A stretch of DNA of 55,910 nucleotides, taken from a virus (Duplodnaviria; Caudoviricetes). The notes beneath the pieces are model-generated. The model made no database searches and had not been told where the DNA came from. It worked only from the letters and a program-made list of their open reading frames with translations. Below, piece by piece: positions 36,197 through 47,900 of the stretch. The first letter of the stretch is position 1. The number at the start of each line of letters is the position of its first letter. The DNA is taken from positions 1 to 55,910 of the IMG/VR virus record IMGVR_UViG_3300049489_000776, one strand, 5' to 3'. The translations under genes and the position numbers were made by a program.

Positions 36197-37627
36197 TTGA
36201 GTGCAATTTTAAAGGAACTAAAGAAGCGTGCACTTAAAAAAGAATTTAAAATCGAAGAGCACTGCTTTGATAAACAGATTGAATTCATTAGAGACCCTGC
36301 AAAGTTTAAGGACGCAGTATGCTCGCGTCGAGCGGGCAAAACTGAAGCTTGCGCTGCTGATTTATTCAACACCGCATTATTGCACCATAATGTTAACTGC
36401 CTATACATTACTTTAAGTCGCACCACGGCCAAGCGCATTATTTGGAAGTCTTTACTTAAGTTAAAGAAGGAATATGTAGAAGATGCTAAGATAGACGCTG
36501 TAGAGTTGTCTATCACATTTAAAAATGGTAGCACGATATACTGCAGCGGTGCTAAGGATGAAAGCGAGATTGAGAAGTTTAGAGGTATGGCTCTTAAAAA
36601 AGTTTACATAGATGAGTGCCAGTCTTTTAGACCCTACATTCAGCAATTAGTTGATGACATCATAATTCCCGCCCTCTATGACCACGATGGGTCGCTTATC
36701 TTAATTGGAACTCCTGGGCCAGTCAAGGCTGGCTACTTTTATGATGCGACTCATGGAGCTGGCTTCAGCCATCATAAGTGGACTATGCTTGATAACCCGT
36801 GGATTAAAATCAAGTCGGGTAAAGAACCTGCAGAGATTTTAAAACAGGAGAGGGAGCGCCGAGGTATCACTGAAACAGACCCAACTTATCTCCGAGAATC
36901 TCTAGGAAGGTGGGCTCAGGATTTAAACTCGCTGGTTTTTAGCTTTGACCCGAATAAGAATTTATATAACACACTCCCCAAAGGGCGTATGGAGTATATC
37001 TTTGGAATAGACATAGGATACAATGATGCAGACGCGATAGCCGTGCTTGGCTACTCCTATGAAGACAAATGCTGCTATTTAGTAGAGGAATTTTTGGCTC
37101 GCAAGCAAAATATTACCGAGTTGGTGACAGCCGTTAACAGATTACGCGACAAATACGCTCCAGTACGCATGGTAATGGACGCAGGCGCACTTGGAAAGAA
37201 GATTCAAGCCGAGATACAGCAGCGCCATGCTATACCACTTGAGGCCGCCGATAAGAATCGCAAGTTTGAATACATAGAATTATTAAACGATGACTTGAGG
37301 ACTGCTAAACTTAAGGCTCTGCCTAACTCTGCCTTCCAAGAGGACTCTCTTCTCACTGCTTGGGACAGGTCTACGCCTGGAAAACTCAAAATCTCAGACG
37401 TATACCACTCAGATATATGTGACGCGGTGCTTTACGCCTGGCGCGAGTGTAAACACTACTTGGCTGAGGCCGCTGTTCCTAAATTAGACAAGAATTCTGA
37501 AGCATACATGGTCGCTTTTGAGGAAAAATTGGCCACAGACTTACTTGAAAGTCAAAAACCAGACGAAGGTTATGGGTCAAAAGAGGACATGGCCTGGGTC
37601 TTTGGTGACACGGACGACGACTTCTAA
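36197..37627 (+). CDS. terL: Terminase large subunit
   Basis: Walker A SRRAGKT, Walker B YIDE, GTP motif, nuclease GIDIG, HSD.CDA.LY. Confidence 0.95.
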   Translation: MSAILKELKKRALKKEFKIEEHCFDKQIEFIRDPAKFKDAVCSRRAGKTEACAADLFNTALLHHNVNCLYITLSRTTAKRIIWKSLLKLKKEYVEDAKIDAVELSITFKNGSTIYCSGAKDESEIEKFRGMALKKVYIDECQSFRPYIQQLVDDIIIPALYDHDGSLILIGTPGPVKAGYFYDATHGAGFSHHKWTMLDNPWIKIKSGKEPAEILKQERERRGITETDPTYLRESLGRWAQDLNSLVFSFDPNKNLYNTLPKGRMEYIFGIDIGYNDADAIAVLGYSYEDKCCYLVEEFLARKQNITELVTAVNRLRDKYAPVRMVMDAGALGKKIQAEIQQRHAIPLEAADKNRKFEYIELLNDDLRTAKLKALPNSAFQEDSLLTAWDRSTPGKLKISDVYHSDICDAVLYAWRECKHYLAEAAVPKLDKNSEAYMVAFEEKLATDLLESQKPDEGYGSKEDMAWVFGDTDDDF

Positions 37628-37695
37628 CAAATTAACTCTTAGGAAGCCAGAGTTATAAGCAGTTACAGGTTAACTTTAAACCGGGAGAGCCATAA

Positions 37696-37938
37696 ATGTT
37701 CAAAAGTGTAGACGAACTTAAAGCCTTTATTACGTGGGCTAAGAATAATCATGTAAAGCGAGTCAAAGTCGGGGAGATTGAAGTTGAAGTCTCTGACATT
37801 GCATTCATACCGGAGTTTAACTCTCCTAATATAAGCCACACGCAAGCTAACCCAGAACTAATCGCTTCAATACCTGCTAATAAAGAGCAAGAAGCTATAA
37901 AAGAAGACGAAGACCTATTTTGGAGCGTCTCTAATTAA
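37696..37938 (+). CDS. Small hypothetical protein before portal
   Basis: SD GGGAG; ends EDEDLFWS. Confidence 0.65.
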   Translation: MFKSVDELKAFITWAKNNHVKRVKVGEIEVEVSDIAFIPEFNSPNISHTQANPELIASIPANKEQEAIKEDEDLFWSVSN

Positions 37939-37946
37939 GGATACGA

Positions 37947-39842
37947 ATGAGTAAAGCAAACTGGTACTGGTGGAAGTCGGAAGATGGGCGTGCTTATGAG
38001 TCTATTTTTCCATATATTAAGCATTTAAATAATGAACAGGGCTATAGACAGGCTGATAATTTTAAAAATATGCGCCTTTATGGTTCCCAAGAGCTCTATG
38101 GAATGCGTTCTTATGCTGGTTCTAGGGGTGAAAACAGTAATCCAGTCCAGAATAGAATCACTCTAAATATAGTTCAAAGCATGGTTGATACTGTAGTGTC
38201 TAAAATTTCTAAAAATAAACCTAAACCAACCTTTTTAACTGAGGGCGGCGATTGGAGTCAGCAGAGTAGAGCTAAAAAATTGACCCAATTTTTAGAAGGC
38301 CAGTTTCAATCCACCGAATTTTATGAAAAAGCAGCCCGTGCATTCTTGGACTCTTGCATTTTTGGAACCGGAGCTCTTAAAATCTTTACGCAAGATGGAA
38401 AGATTAAAGTAGAGCGCGTCTTCATTGATGAGATTATTTTAGACGACAAGGAGTCTCTATATGGAGAGCCCCGTCAAATGCACCAGCACAAAATGATTCA
38501 CAAGGACGTGCTTAAAGACATGTTTCCAAAGTTTAAAGAAGCTATTGAATTAGCAGGCAAGCCCCCAATACAGTCTTATGGCACACCAAATGACCAAAGC
38601 ACGGATATGGTTATGGTAGTTGAGTCGTGGCACTTGCAGTCTGGGCCAGATGCGGGAGACGGTAAACATGTTATCTCTATTGAAAATGAAGATTTATTTT
38701 CTGAAGAGTATACCAAGGACTATTTTCCATTTGTGTTCTGGAGATGGGGTATACGCCCACTTGGATTTTTTGGTCAAGGTTTAAGTGAGCAGTTGACGGG
38801 CCTACAACTTGAAATTAATAAAATTCTTAAGACTATTCAAATTTCTATGCATCTTGTGTCAGTGCCTAAAGTTTTTGTAGAGGCTAGTTCTAAGATTGTA
38901 AGCTCGCAACTGGATAATAAAATAGGCGCTATCATTAAGTATGCAGGCACGCCGCCGACTCCAGGTCAGCTAGGGGTAATACCTCCTGAGTTATTTGCAC
39001 ATCTAGACAGACTTTACTCTCGTGCATATGAAATTGCCGGGGTTAGTCAGTTATCAGCCACTGCTCAGAAGCCATCAGGCCTTAATTCGGGTAAAGCTCT
39101 TAGAGAGTACAACGATTTAGAAACTGAACGCTTCATGTCCGTTGCACAAAGATACGAAAAAGTGTTTCTAGACGCTGGTCGTATTATGATTAGTTTAGCC
39201 AAAGACTTAGATGCCGAGTTAGACACTCATTATGAAGTTAAAGTTAAGGGCAAAAAGTTTCTTAAGACAATAAAGTGGAAAGAAGTTGACATGGAGGAAG
39301 ACCAGTATGTTATGTCTCTCTTCCCAACGTCTGCGCTATCTAGCACGCCCGCAGGCCGCCTTCAAGATATACAAGAATTGATTCAAGCAGGATTCGTATC
39401 TCGTGAAGATGCTATGAAGTTATTAGACTTCCCAGATTTACAAGGTTTCTACAATTATGAAACCGCTCCTGGTGAAGACATAGACATGGTTATTGAGAAA
39501 ATTGTAGAAGACAGCGACTACATGACTCCAGAGCCTTATCAGAATTTAGAATACGGCATTCAGAAAATGCAGAAGGCTTATCTTCTCTTTAGGTCTCAGA
39601 ACCTGCCAGAATCTAAGCTCGAACTTATTAGACGTTGGATTGAAGACGCTAATGCTCTAATTGAACGAGCATCTGTAAATGAACAGCGAATCGCCATGGA
39701 GGCACAAGCACAAACGCAGGCTAGTGCAGCTAGTCAAGCAGCGCTTAATGCGCCGCAAGATGGAAGTCTTGAAGCTCCGCCTGAAAATCCTGATGAGGCA
39801 GTTATGAGTCCAGACGCCGCTGCAGGGTTACCAGTAGTCTAA
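37947..39842 (+). CDS. Portal protein
   Basis: 631 aa after terL; N.VQSMVDT, GTG, PF, GQGL, SGKAL patterns. Confidence 0.88.
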   Translation: MSKANWYWWKSEDGRAYESIFPYIKHLNNEQGYRQADNFKNMRLYGSQELYGMRSYAGSRGENSNPVQNRITLNIVQSMVDTVVSKISKNKPKPTFLTEGGDWSQQSRAKKLTQFLEGQFQSTEFYEKAARAFLDSCIFGTGALKIFTQDGKIKVERVFIDEIILDDKESLYGEPRQMHQHKMIHKDVLKDMFPKFKEAIELAGKPPIQSYGTPNDQSTDMVMVVESWHLQSGPDAGDGKHVISIENEDLFSEEYTKDYFPFVFWRWGIRPLGFFGQGLSEQLTGLQLEINKILKTIQISMHLVSVPKVFVEASSKIVSSQLDNKIGAIIKYAGTPPTPGQLGVIPPELFAHLDRLYSRAYEIAGVSQLSATAQKPSGLNSGKALREYNDLETERFMSVAQRYEKVFLDAGRIMISLAKDLDAELDTHYEVKVKGKKFLKTIKWKEVDMEEDQYVMSLFPTSALSSTPAGRLQDIQELIQAGFVSREDAMKLLDFPDLQGFYNYETAPGEDIDMVIEKIVEDSDYMTPEPYQNLEYGIQKMQKAYLLFRSQNLPESKLELIRRWIEDANALIERASVNEQRIAMEAQAQTQASAASQAALNAPQDGSLEAPPENPDEAVMSPDAAAGLPVV

Positions 39843-39927
39843 CAAAGTAACTAGAGTATTAGAGTGGCCCGCTCTAATACTTCATAAACTTGGGCGTGGA
39901 TAACCACAAGCGTAAAGGAAACTAAAA

Positions 39928-40845
39928 ATGTCAGATGAACAAGTAGTAGAGGCCGCACCAGTTGAAGAAACACAAGCTCCAGTTGAAGGGGCTCCAGAGA
40001 CTGAAAACTTAGAAGCCGCAACGGAGGCAACTCCAGAAGTAGCTCCAGAAGTTCCTCAAACTGAAGAAGATAAACGGTTTGCTGCTAAATTTGCAGCTTT
40101 GACAAGAAAAGAAAAAGCGATTAGAGAGTCTGAAAAAAGACTAAACTCTAGAATGAAAGAACTCGAGGCGAAGTTAGCTGCCCAAGTTCCAGAAGCTCCA
40201 AAGCCAGTTGAAGAACCTTTAGAGCGTAGACTACGAAAAAATCCTTTTGAAACTTTAAAGGGACAAGGCTTAGACTACGAAACGCTAACTAAAATTGCAC
40301 TCAATGATGGAAAATTGACTCCAGAATTGCAAATGCAAATAATGAGAGAAGAGATTGAGTCTAAATACTCATCTCAATTGGAAGAAGTGAATAAAAAATT
40401 AGCAGCTCGCGAACAACGAGAAGAGCAAGAGAAGCAGGCTGCTACTATTAATGGTTTTAAGGCACAGATTGCAAATCAAGTTAAAGCTGAAGCAGGCGAG
40501 TATGAGCTCGTAGCTGCTGAAGGAGAAGACGGGATTGAAGCAATTTATGCTGTGATAGATGGGCATTATCAGGAAACTGGTGAAGTGCTGGACATCAAAG
40601 AGGCAGTAGAGGCCGTCGAAGAAGAGCTTCTAGAGCAAGCGAAGAAGAGAATTGGTTTAGCGAAAATCAAGAAGCTTATGGGAGCTTCTGAAATCAAAAC
40701 CCAAGAAGTAAAGCCACAGTCTACCAAAAAGCCCGCACCTACACTGTCGAATAATGCCGCGCAAGTACAGTCAGGAACAGGACGTTTTTTAAGTGATGAT
40801 GAGTCAAAGTTGGAAGCTGCAAAGCTTATCAAGTTTAACGCATAG
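39928..40845 (+). CDS. Capsid scaffolding protein
   Basis: Acidic coiled coil between portal and capsid. Confidence 0.75.
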   Translation: MSDEQVVEAAPVEETQAPVEGAPETENLEAATEATPEVAPEVPQTEEDKRFAAKFAALTRKEKAIRESEKRLNSRMKELEAKLAAQVPEAPKPVEEPLERRLRKNPFETLKGQGLDYETLTKIALNDGKLTPELQMQIMREEIESKYSSQLEEVNKKLAAREQREEQEKQAATINGFKAQIANQVKAEAGEYELVAAEGEDGIEAIYAVIDGHYQETGEVLDIKEAVEAVEEELLEQAKKRIGLAKIKKLMGASEIKTQEVKPQSTKKPAPTLSNNAAQVQSGTGRFLSDDESKLEAAKLIKFNA

Positions 40846-40942
40846 AGTAATATCCCCGAACTGCTATACGAATAGAGCATGCCTATCTAGCACGGGTACA
40901 GGTGTGAATTTTTAACTTAACTTAACTTATAGGAGACACACA

Positions 40943-42157
40943 ATGTCTTTAGATTTAACAAGCTTCGCATCAGCTCTAAAGGTGCACTATACAAATGACC
41001 GTATTGAAAACATGGTTTACAAAAATAATCCATTCCTTGCAATGGTTTCAAAAATGGAAAGCTTTGGTGGTAAGAACTTGCCAATTCCAATCATCACTGG
41101 AAACCCACAAGGTCGCTCTTCTAGCTTTGCAACTGCTCAAGCTAATAAAACTAACTCAACTATTAAGGACTTCGTTTTGACTCGAAATCACGATTACGCT
41201 TTAGCGTCTATCGACAACGAAACTCTTGAAGCTTCTCAAGGTAACGCAAACGCGTTCATGGAAGCTGCTACTACTGAGATTGATGGCGCTTTAAACAGTG
41301 CTACTCGCTCTTTAGCAACTGCTCTTTATCGCAGCGGTTCAGGTTCAATCGGTCAAGCAAACGCTTCAGTCACTGGTACTTCACTTCAGTTAAAAGCTGC
41401 TGATGACGTTACTAACTATGAACCAGGAATGGAACTAGTATTCTCCACTGCAGATGGTGGCGGTTCTGTAAAATCTGGTAAAGTTACTGTCATAGCTGTA
41501 AACAGAGACTCTGGTCTTTTAACAGTTGACGCGCTTACTGCTATTGATGGTGGTACTGGTGTTGCTGCAAACGACTATATTTTTGTAGAAGGTGATTACG
41601 ACTCAAAAATTAAAGGTCTTCTTGCATGGCTTCCAAGCACTGCTCCAACTTCAAGTCCATTCTTTAGCGTTGACCGCTCTTCAGACGTTACTCGCCTTGG
41701 CGGTATCCGTTATGACGGTTCAGCAATTCCTATAGAAGAAGCTATCGTTGGTGCAATTCATAGAGCAGCTCGTGAAGGCGGAAGCCCTGACGTTTGTTTC
41801 ATGAACTATGCTAAGTGGGACGAACTCGCAAAAGCCCTTGGTACTAAAGTACAATACATCGAAGAAGCCGTTAAAACTGGCCAAGCGTATGTAAACTTCC
41901 GTGGTATTCAAGTTAACGGTCCTAAAGGTCCAGTTAAAATCGTACCTGACCAAAACTGCCCAACTGACCGCGCTTTCTTGCTTCAAATGGACACTTTTAA
42001 GCTTTACTCTTTGGGTAAATGTCCTCGCATCTTAGATACTGACGGGCTTAAAATGCTTCGTGAGTCTACTGCAGATGCGGTTGAAGTACGCGTAGGTTAT
42101 TATGCGCAATTAGGTTGTCGTGCTCCTGGCTTCAATGTTAACATACGGCTCGACTAA
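40943..42157 (+). CDS. Major capsid protein
   Basis: 404 aa, strong SD, strongly biased codons, ALK..Y start, D.NCP, followed by terminator. Confidence 0.88.
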   Translation: MSLDLTSFASALKVHYTNDRIENMVYKNNPFLAMVSKMESFGGKNLPIPIITGNPQGRSSSFATAQANKTNSTIKDFVLTRNHDYALASIDNETLEASQGNANAFMEAATTEIDGALNSATRSLATALYRSGSGSIGQANASVTGTSLQLKAADDVTNYEPGMELVFSTADGGGSVKSGKVTVIAVNRDSGLLTVDALTAIDGGTGVAANDYIFVEGDYDSKIKGLLAWLPSTAPTSSPFFSVDRSSDVTRLGGIRYDGSAIPIEEAIVGAIHRAAREGGSPDVCFMNYAKWDELAKALGTKVQYIEEAVKTGQAYVNFRGIQVNGPKGPVKIVPDQNCPTDRAFLLQMDTFKLYSLGKCPRILDTDGLKMLRESTADAVEVRVGYYAQLGCRAPGFNVNIRLD

Positions 42158-42188
42158 AATCCAATAATATCATATACTTAGAAACTTT

Positions 42189-42220
42189 AAGCCCTGGAGC
42201 AATCTGGGGCTTTTTATTTT
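42189..42220 (+). terminator. Intrinsic terminator after capsid gene
   Basis: AAGCCCTGGA-GCAA-TCTGGGGCTT + T run. Confidence 0.85.
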
Positions 42221-42228
42221 CCTATAAC

Positions 42229-42257
42229 TTGACATTAGGCTAATGATATGCTATTAT
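42229..42257 (+). promoter_or_regulatory. sigma70-type promoter of homing endonuclease
   Basis: TTGACA-17-TATTAT. Confidence 0.75.
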
Positions 42258-42288
42258 ATTCTTATAACTATAAACAAAGGAATAAAAT

Positions 42289-42993
42289 ATGTATATTGTA
42301 TATAAAGCCACACACAGTCCTACTGGAAAAATTTATGTAGGTCAAACTGGTCAACTACTTCAGCAGCGTATAGGCCAGCACTGGGGCACTCCATTAAGTA
42401 AGCAAAAACCGTTTCAAATATTTTTACACAATACTAAAATGGATGAATGGGTATGGGAAGTCTTACATACTGTAGCCACGAAAGAAGAGGCGAATAATTG
42501 TGAAATGTATTACATTAATACTTTAAAACTTTATGAGCATGGCCTTAACACTAAGGGAGGCTTAAAAGACCTAGCACATCGAGAAGCTGCATCAGCCCGT
42601 ATGAAAGCATATAGAGCAGAAAATCCAGAACCTTGGCACAAGGGACGAACCGGAGTTTATTCAGAAGAAACCCTTGAACTAATGCGGCAAGCTAAGCTTA
42701 AGAACCCGACTAGAAGAGTATTTTCGGATGAAGCTAAATTGGCATCTTGTCTCAGGGCTACTAATGCTAAGCGAATTATTGAAATACGAAGTCTGCTCTC
42801 TTTTAACTCTATATCAGAAGCTTCTAAGTATTTTGGAATAAGAAGAGAAAGCGTTAGGGATGTTGTCAATGGAAAGAGGACCCACACTAAGGGCTTGATT
42901 TTCTTAGAAGAGGGCGGGAAGAGGCACATGGAATTTGTAGAGCATGCAAGAGAGGTCTTGGCTTTTCAAGCCACCAAAAAGGCCAAATCCTAA
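42289..42993 (+). CDS. Free-standing GIY-YIG homing endonuclease with NUMOD/HTH tail
   Basis: IVYKAT...KIYVGQT...R..QH, E..YI, G.N; PWHKG; FNSISEAS. Confidence 0.88.
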   Translation: MYIVYKATHSPTGKIYVGQTGQLLQQRIGQHWGTPLSKQKPFQIFLHNTKMDEWVWEVLHTVATKEEANNCEMYYINTLKLYEHGLNTKGGLKDLAHREAASARMKAYRAENPEPWHKGRTGVYSEETLELMRQAKLKNPTRRVFSDEAKLASCLRATNAKRIIEIRSLLSFNSISEASKYFGIRRESVRDVVNGKRTHTKGLIFLEEGGKRHMEFVEHAREVLAFQATKKAKS

Positions 42994-43042
42994 CATAGTA
43001 ACTTAAGAGATATAGTCTTATATCGTGCCTTAAGGAGCCTTC

Positions 43043-43303
43043 ATGTTAATGAAAGATAAGAAGAAGCATTTAATTACTTCAGTTATTTCAAAGCTTAGTC
43101 CACCAATTCAAGAAAGTCCTCAAGAAGAGTCTGATGAACAGTCTGGCATGGACGCAGCGGCTGAAGAGGTCTTGGCTGCAGTTGAAGCTCGCGACCCACA
43201 ATCTTTAAAAGAAGCACTAAAATCAATGATACAAATGTGCATGGACGAATCTGAAGCAGAAGACGTGGCATATTCAGAATCTTCAAGCCACGAAATGGAG
43301 TAG
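43043..43303 (+). CDS. Small acidic hypothetical protein
   Basis: SD AAGGAG, after late motif. Confidence 0.6.
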   Translation: MLMKDKKKHLITSVISKLSPPIQESPQEESDEQSGMDAAAEEVLAAVEARDPQSLKEALKSMIQMCMDESEAEDVAYSESSSHEME

Positions 43304-43306
43304 TCC

Positions 43307-43993
43307 GTGACTATTACTTTAGCCCAGCTACGTACTCAGGCCAGACAACGCTCAGACATGGAATCTTCTCAATTCGTGTCTGATTCTGAACTTAATTCTT
43401 ATATAAATAATTCAGTTTCTGAACTTTATGATATACTTTCAGATGCCTACGGTTCTGAGTATTTTGTTACTTCAACCGCCGAGCTGCCCATAATTGCCGG
43501 CACTGGTAGCTATGCACTGCCCTCAGACTTTTATCAGCTAAAAGGGGTCGATATAAAATTACAAAATCAAGACTATATAAATATAAAGCGATTCAACTTT
43601 AATGAGCGCAACAAGTATTCTAATTTTAATATATGGGAAGTTTCAAGTCTTACCAACGTGCGCTACCGAATTGTGGGCAATAATTTAGTATTCAGCCCTA
43701 CACCAGACCAAGCGGCATATTATAGAATATGGTATACTCCGCTCCCAACCGTGCTATCAGCAGATGGAGACACTCTAAATGATTTTAACGCATACTCAGA
43801 ATATGTAATTGTAGATGCCGCAATTAAAATGCTTCAAAAGGAAGAGTCAGATGTTTCCGTACTCTTTGCACAGAAGCAGGCTCTTGAAAAGCGCATTCGC
43901 GAGAAGGCTCAATCCAGAGACGCAAACTCAAGTGAGACTATTACAGATGTTTATGCAGAAGCTGATGATTATTTTTTTAGACGGGGCGTTTAA
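43307..43993 (+). CDS. Head-tail adaptor (tail tubular A-like)
   Basis: TLAQLR..ARQRSD, EL..YIN, YALPSDF, P.P motifs; position. Confidence 0.75.
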   Translation: MTITLAQLRTQARQRSDMESSQFVSDSELNSYINNSVSELYDILSDAYGSEYFVTSTAELPIIAGTGSYALPSDFYQLKGVDIKLQNQDYINIKRFNFNERNKYSNFNIWEVSSLTNVRYRIVGNNLVFSPTPDQAAYYRIWYTPLPTVLSADGDTLNDFNAYSEYVIVDAAIKMLQKEESDVSVLFAQKQALEKRIREKAQSRDANSSETITDVYAEADDYFFRRGV

Positions 43994-44308
43994 TTGGCTA
44001 TTCGGGATTTAAAAGTTTTAGGTGCTGAAGGGGACGATTTAAATCGAATTCAGCAGTATATCTCAAACGCGCTACAGCCAATCTTAGGATGCCCACTTGT
44101 AGACGGTAACTTGGTTACTGGGGTAAATCTTAAAAATGGACTCACGGTTATAGAACACAAATTAGGAAGAAAATTAAGAGGATGGTTTATAGTAGACCAA
44201 AATGCGATTGCCTCTATTTATAGGGAGCCTGGCACAGAAAATTTAGGCTCTAAAACTCTAACTCTGCACTCTAGCGCGGCTTGCACCGTGTCTATTTGGT
44301 GCTTTTAG
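43994..44308 (+). CDS. Small virion protein
   Basis: I.H.LGR motif; in tail operon. Confidence 0.6.
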   Translation: MAIRDLKVLGAEGDDLNRIQQYISNALQPILGCPLVDGNLVTGVNLKNGLTVIEHKLGRKLRGWFIVDQNAIASIYREPGTENLGSKTLTLHSSAACTVSIWCF

Positions 44309-44314
44309 GAATTT

Positions 44315-44974
44315 ATGCCAACTGCAAATATGAATTTAACTTTGCCAACTCCTACAGTTACTCTGGGACCGGCTTACGCTACTCAGAATAATACTGCATT
44401 TGAAACTATTGACGCTCATGACCATACTTCTGGCAAAGGTCTTAAGGTACCTACTGCAGGACTAAACATAAACGCTCATTTAAATTTTAATACTAATTAT
44501 AAAGCCTATAATCTATACTCTGCACAACTTGTAAATCAAGCCGTGGCCTTAAGCGGGGCGGGTAATGCACTCTCCTTAAGTACGACTTCTGGTGATTTGT
44601 ATTACACAAATGGAGCGGGTAACTCAGTTCAGATTACCTCCGGCGGGGCAGTTATTGTAGCTCCTGGCACATTTACCGCATGGGAACCTGTCGCAGTTAA
44701 CACTAACTTGACCATAGGCCCTGCTGATACTTTTGTGATTTTAGAAGTTGACACGACTGCGGCACGAACCATAAATCTTCCACTAGCAGCAAATGTTGCA
44801 AACGGTCGTATTTATATTATTAAAGATATAACCGGAACGGCAAACACTAATCCGATTACGGTTCAAAGACAAGGTGCAGATACCTATGATGGCGCAACGT
44901 CTAAAATTATAGACTCTAATTACGGTTCTCAAATGGTCTTTGGAGACGGTTCTTCAAAGTGGTCTGAAATTTAA
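44315..44974 (+). CDS. Tail/fibre-associated protein
   Basis: NMNLTLP, IDAHDH, INLP...GR...IKD..G pattern. Confidence 0.7.
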   Translation: MPTANMNLTLPTPTVTLGPAYATQNNTAFETIDAHDHTSGKGLKVPTAGLNINAHLNFNTNYKAYNLYSAQLVNQAVALSGAGNALSLSTTSGDLYYTNGAGNSVQITSGGAVIVAPGTFTAWEPVAVNTNLTIGPADTFVILEVDTTAARTINLPLAANVANGRIYIIKDITGTANTNPITVQRQGADTYDGATSKIIDSNYGSQMVFGDGSSKWSEI

Positions 44975-44984
44975 GGGAGGCCTT

Positions 44985-47900
44985 GTGGCTTTAGCTAAGC
45001 AAATACTTGCCCTTCCAATTGACAAGGGGCTTGATACAAAATTAGACCCTAAGCAGGAAGAAATCGGCTACCTCCGAACTGCTCAAAATATAGTATACGA
45101 GACTGTTAAAATGCTTCGGAAGCGAAACGGATACATTCAGGTAGACGCTTACGATGAGGATAATGTAGTTATTGAAAATCCGATAAGAACTACGAAGCTT
45201 AAGAATGAGCTACTATTATTTACAGACACTAACTTGTACTCATACTCTGAAACGCGAGAGCGGTTTATTAATAAAGGGTCTATTTCAAGCGTGTCCCCTT
45301 CTGAACGAACAGTTATTAAAAATGCAAACAATCAGAGCCAAGTTGATGGGTTGACTCTTCAAGGTTTTAATATATTTACTTGGACAGATTCTAGTGGTGG
45401 AGTGCGATACTCCGTTCAAGATGTTGTTAATAATAGTTTTCTAGTTTCAAACGCACTAGTAGAGGCCGGTGCCGAGCGACCAGTTTTAGCCCATATCGAA
45501 GGGGACGTTTACATTATTTATGGCAATGGTGCTAATGTTAAGTATAAGTCGTTTTCGGTTTTACAACCAAGCACGCTAAGTACAGCGACTGTGGCCGCTT
45601 CTGATAGGCACTTGACACTTGGTCTTATTGATGCAGAGCAGGCGGGAAACTCTATCATTGTTGCATACAATTCTAATAATGGTGGCAATGATTTGACCGT
45701 GTTTTTTATTAATAGTGTGGGCGTGCCTTCATCTTTGTATGGGGTAACAGCGGCGGCAGCCACTCACGCGCTTGACGTCATGGTTGATGCGGCTTCTAGG
45801 GTTGTTCTTACATTTTCAAACGGAGCTAACTTAAGTTATATTATATTTCCAGTAACTTTAGCCGCGTCTCTTATTCCCAAGACATTAATAGAAACTATTG
45901 CAAATGTTACAACCTGCTGCGCTACCGAAACATCTACAGGTGTTTATACTGTTCATTATGAGGTTAGCGTTGCTGGCACAGGCATGAACTATATTAAAAC
46001 AGTTACTACGGACTCGGTGGCTACAGTGGGTACGCCCTCCGTATTCAAACGTAGTGTCGGTCTTGGAGCACGCTCCTTTGTTCGTAATGGAGTGCTTTAT
46101 ATTCCGACCGTGCTAGACTCAGAAATTCAATCTAGTTATTTTGTATTTAATTCTACAGGAAGCCTTGTTACCAAATTTGCAAATCAGACGGCGGGAGGCG
46201 TAGTTACTTATGGAGTGCTTCAGCCCGTCTTAGAGGCTATAGGTGATTCCTACATGGTTCCCCTAATTATTCACAATAGGGTTCAATCTGAAGGCAATTC
46301 GTTCTTTAGTACTGATGGCATTGCAGCGGGACTATTAAATTTTGAGCCTGAATTTAAATTTTCAAATGCACAGTTAGCCGAATGCTTGCACATTTGCTCA
46401 GGAGTACTTAAACTTTATGATGGGGCTTCTGTAACTGAGCACGGGTTTCACGTTTTTCCCGAAGAGTTGGAACAAGCCAGTCCTATTACGGTTTCAGTAG
46501 AAACGCTAACTGAGGGTGTGCTTGCGGTTAAAGATGTTCAGAAGTTGACTTACGTCGGCACGCCTGCGTCGGGTTCTATGACTCTAACTATAGGAGCCGA
46601 GACGACTGGTGCCATTCAATGGAATGATTCAAATGCAAATATTAAAGCCGCAATTGAGGCACTTACTGCAATAGTTACTGTAACTGTTACGGGCGATTTT
46701 AGTGCTGGACATACTATAACTTTTGATGACCCGATTCAAGATATTTCTCAAATTATTGTGGCCACTAATAGTATACTTACGGGCGGAGCGATTCCCGTTA
46801 CAGTAACGCCGTCCACAGTTACTCAAGGGGTTGCTGCAGTTAAGGAAGTTCAGAAACTAACTTTCTCAGCCGTGCCTACCGTTGGTAGCTTTAAACTAGA
46901 CATAGATACTGAAGTTACAACGGCCATAAACTTTTCACAAGCGGCAAATGACGTTAAATTAGCCATTGAAGCACTTGCGTCTATTACTACAGTAACTGTT
47001 ACGGGCGATTTTAGCACCGGGTTTACGATAACCTTTGATGCACCCGTAGAAGATATTGTAACTGCAATTGTACTTGAAAATTCTCTAGACTCTGCACTTA
47101 ATCCAGGCCTCATGACCGATGGCACCTATGGCTACGCTGCAGTTTACAGGTGGACTGATAACACTGGACGCGACCATAGAAGTACTCCAACTCTCATTCC
47201 GCTCTCGGTCGTGCTAAATGCAGGTACGGATACTCAAGCGACTAATATTAAAGTGCCTACTCTTAGGGTCACTGACAAAACTAATGTAGTTATAGAATTG
47301 TATAGGACTGAGGCTAATGGTGTAACTTATTATAAAACTACGGACGACTTGTCTCCAATATTTAATGACCCGACCGTGGACTCTATCACTATTACAGATA
47401 CGCGTGCTGATTCAGACCTAATTTCAAATCAAATTTTATACACTACAGGCGGCGTGCTAGAAAATATCCCAGCTCCCGCCTCTTTTCAAATTGCAACATA
47501 TACAAATGACAGGCTTGTAGTTGCTTCTGAAAAGTCAAATCGCATTTTTTTTAGCAAGCAGGTAACTGAAGGCAGTCCTGTAGAGTTTACGGATGCTATT
47601 TACAGAGACGTTGACCCAGTTGGTGGCTACGTGTCTACGCTGGCTCCGCTAAACGAAAAATTAATTATATTCACTAGAGATGCGTGCTTTTTTGTTTCTG
47701 GAGACGGACCTAATAATGCAGGGCTTCAAGATACTATGAACAAAGCCGAAGTTATAAGTTCCGACATTGGCTGTATTGCACCAGACTCGACCGTTTTAAC
47801 TCCGCTAGGCCTGCTCTTCAAATCGCGCAAAGGTATTTGGAAGTTAGGCCCAGGCCTAGGTCTTGAATATGTCGGAGCACGGGTCGAAGGTTACAATTCT

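Noticed and set aside
39855-39881. Hairpin AGTATTAGAG..CTCTAATACT as terminator
   Set aside because: No U-tract; more likely a 5' leader hairpin after the late motif, function unsupported
42289-42993. Group I intron around the GIY-YIG genes (also 1074-1715)
   Set aside because: Flanking genes appear intact with their own stops and starts; no room for ribozyme core; free-standing endonucleases
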